Shown: positions 63,232-64,000 of the stretch, piece after piece | Layout: the number at the start of each line of letters is the position of its first letter | How positions within the stretch are numbered: position 1 is the first letter of the stretch | Assembly (NCBI GenBank): GCA_963514005.1 | Contig: OY740814.1 | Span: forward strand, 17,794,001 to 17,858,000 | From: Raja brachyura | Lineage: Eukaryota | DNA: 64,000 nt | Reading direction: 5' to 3' | Notes under the pieces: model-generated | What the model was told of the DNA's origin: nothing | What the model saw: the letters and a program-made list of their open reading frames with translations, nothing else | Database searches by the model: none | Position numbers and translations under genes: made by a program

Positions 63232-63710
63232 AAAAACAACGTGCTGGAGGAAGTCAGGTCAGGCAGCATCTGTGGAGGGAGATGGACAGATGACATTTTG
63301 TGTTGGGACCCTTCTTCATACTGATAGTAGTGGGAAAGCTAGAAAAGGGTAGGGTGAGGGAAGGTTTGGTGAGCTGGTGGATACCAGGGGTGGAGGGGGG
63401 GGGGGGGGGCAGGGAAGAGGTGAAGGGGGTCGGGGAGCAGGACTTAAAAGTCGAGAAATCAATGTTCGTGCCAATCGGAAATAGGCTACCCAAGGTGCTG
63501 TCCTTCCAGTTTGCTTGTGGATTCACTCTGCCAGTGGAGGAGGGCAAGGACAGAAAGGTTGGTTTGGGAAGGGGAGTTAAAATGGCTAGCAACTGGGAGC
63601 ATCAACAGGTATTAGCAGACAGAGCACAAGTGTTCAGTGAAATGGTTGTCTAGTCTACATTTGGTTTCGCCAATGTACAGGAAGACACAAATGCAATAGA
63701 CAAGGTTGAT
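63232..63710 (-). mobile_element. Penelope-like element 3' region (GIY-YIG remnant plus terminal repeat)
   Basis: ORF (-) contains LGSLFPIGTNIDFSTF; degenerate hammerhead atgaagaagggtcccaacacaaaatgtc. Confidence 0.7.
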
Positions 63711-64000
63711 GAGCTAAATGGTCAGCTAGTCCATGCTCAGTCTTGCAGATATAAATTTCACAACCACATGAATATTGAATTCTCCAATTTAGAGTATCAA
63801 ACTAGAAGAACAGCACCTTTGCATCCAACAGAATACTCCTATTTCAAGTTTATGGCCTGCTTTGCCCAGAATGACCACACTGACCTTTTTGCCCATCTAC
63901 GCTAATCCCATTTAATCACATTTGGTTCATATCCAAGAAGAGCAGGACGACATGCTCCAATAACAACCGACCTGTGGCACTAATGTACATGGTGATGAAA

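Overview
Eukaryotic (vertebrate) genomic DNA, most likely a cartilaginous fish such as a skate or ray; this is inferred from HE1/V-SINE, HER1/CR1 and DeuSINE-type repeats. The window holds two convergent genes. SMAD3 coding exons 2-9 lie on the + strand (13914-37230, exon 1 upstream of the window). AAGAB (p34) coding exons 2-10 lie on the - strand (59408-46342, exon 1 beyond the window). All 17 exons have canonical splice sites and consistent phases. Introns are rich in retroposons (HE1/V-SINE, CR1, Rex1/Babar, Penelope-like), DNA transposons (Tc1 IR/DR, Harbinger MITEs, hAT, Tigger-like) and an LTR-like segment. There is a 164-nt assembly gap at 4111-4274. I found no prokaryotic-style system. 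The most notable observations are: (1) Penelope-derived minimal hammerhead ribozyme cores, including a 98-bp insertion with an intact core and a 12-bp TSD; (2) a Tigger-like element carrying a captured Penelope palindrome, present twice; (3) a young 260-bp inverted duplication in SMAD3 intron 1; (4) a SMAD3 with SMAD2-like features (SSMS tail, exon lengths) that has lost the S204-Pro phosphosite; (5) an unexplained ~130-bp hairpin in intron 4; (6) a Tc1 element whose flanks are inverted copies rather than a TA duplication. Comparisons to human sequences and repeat family names are from memory and need alignment checks.
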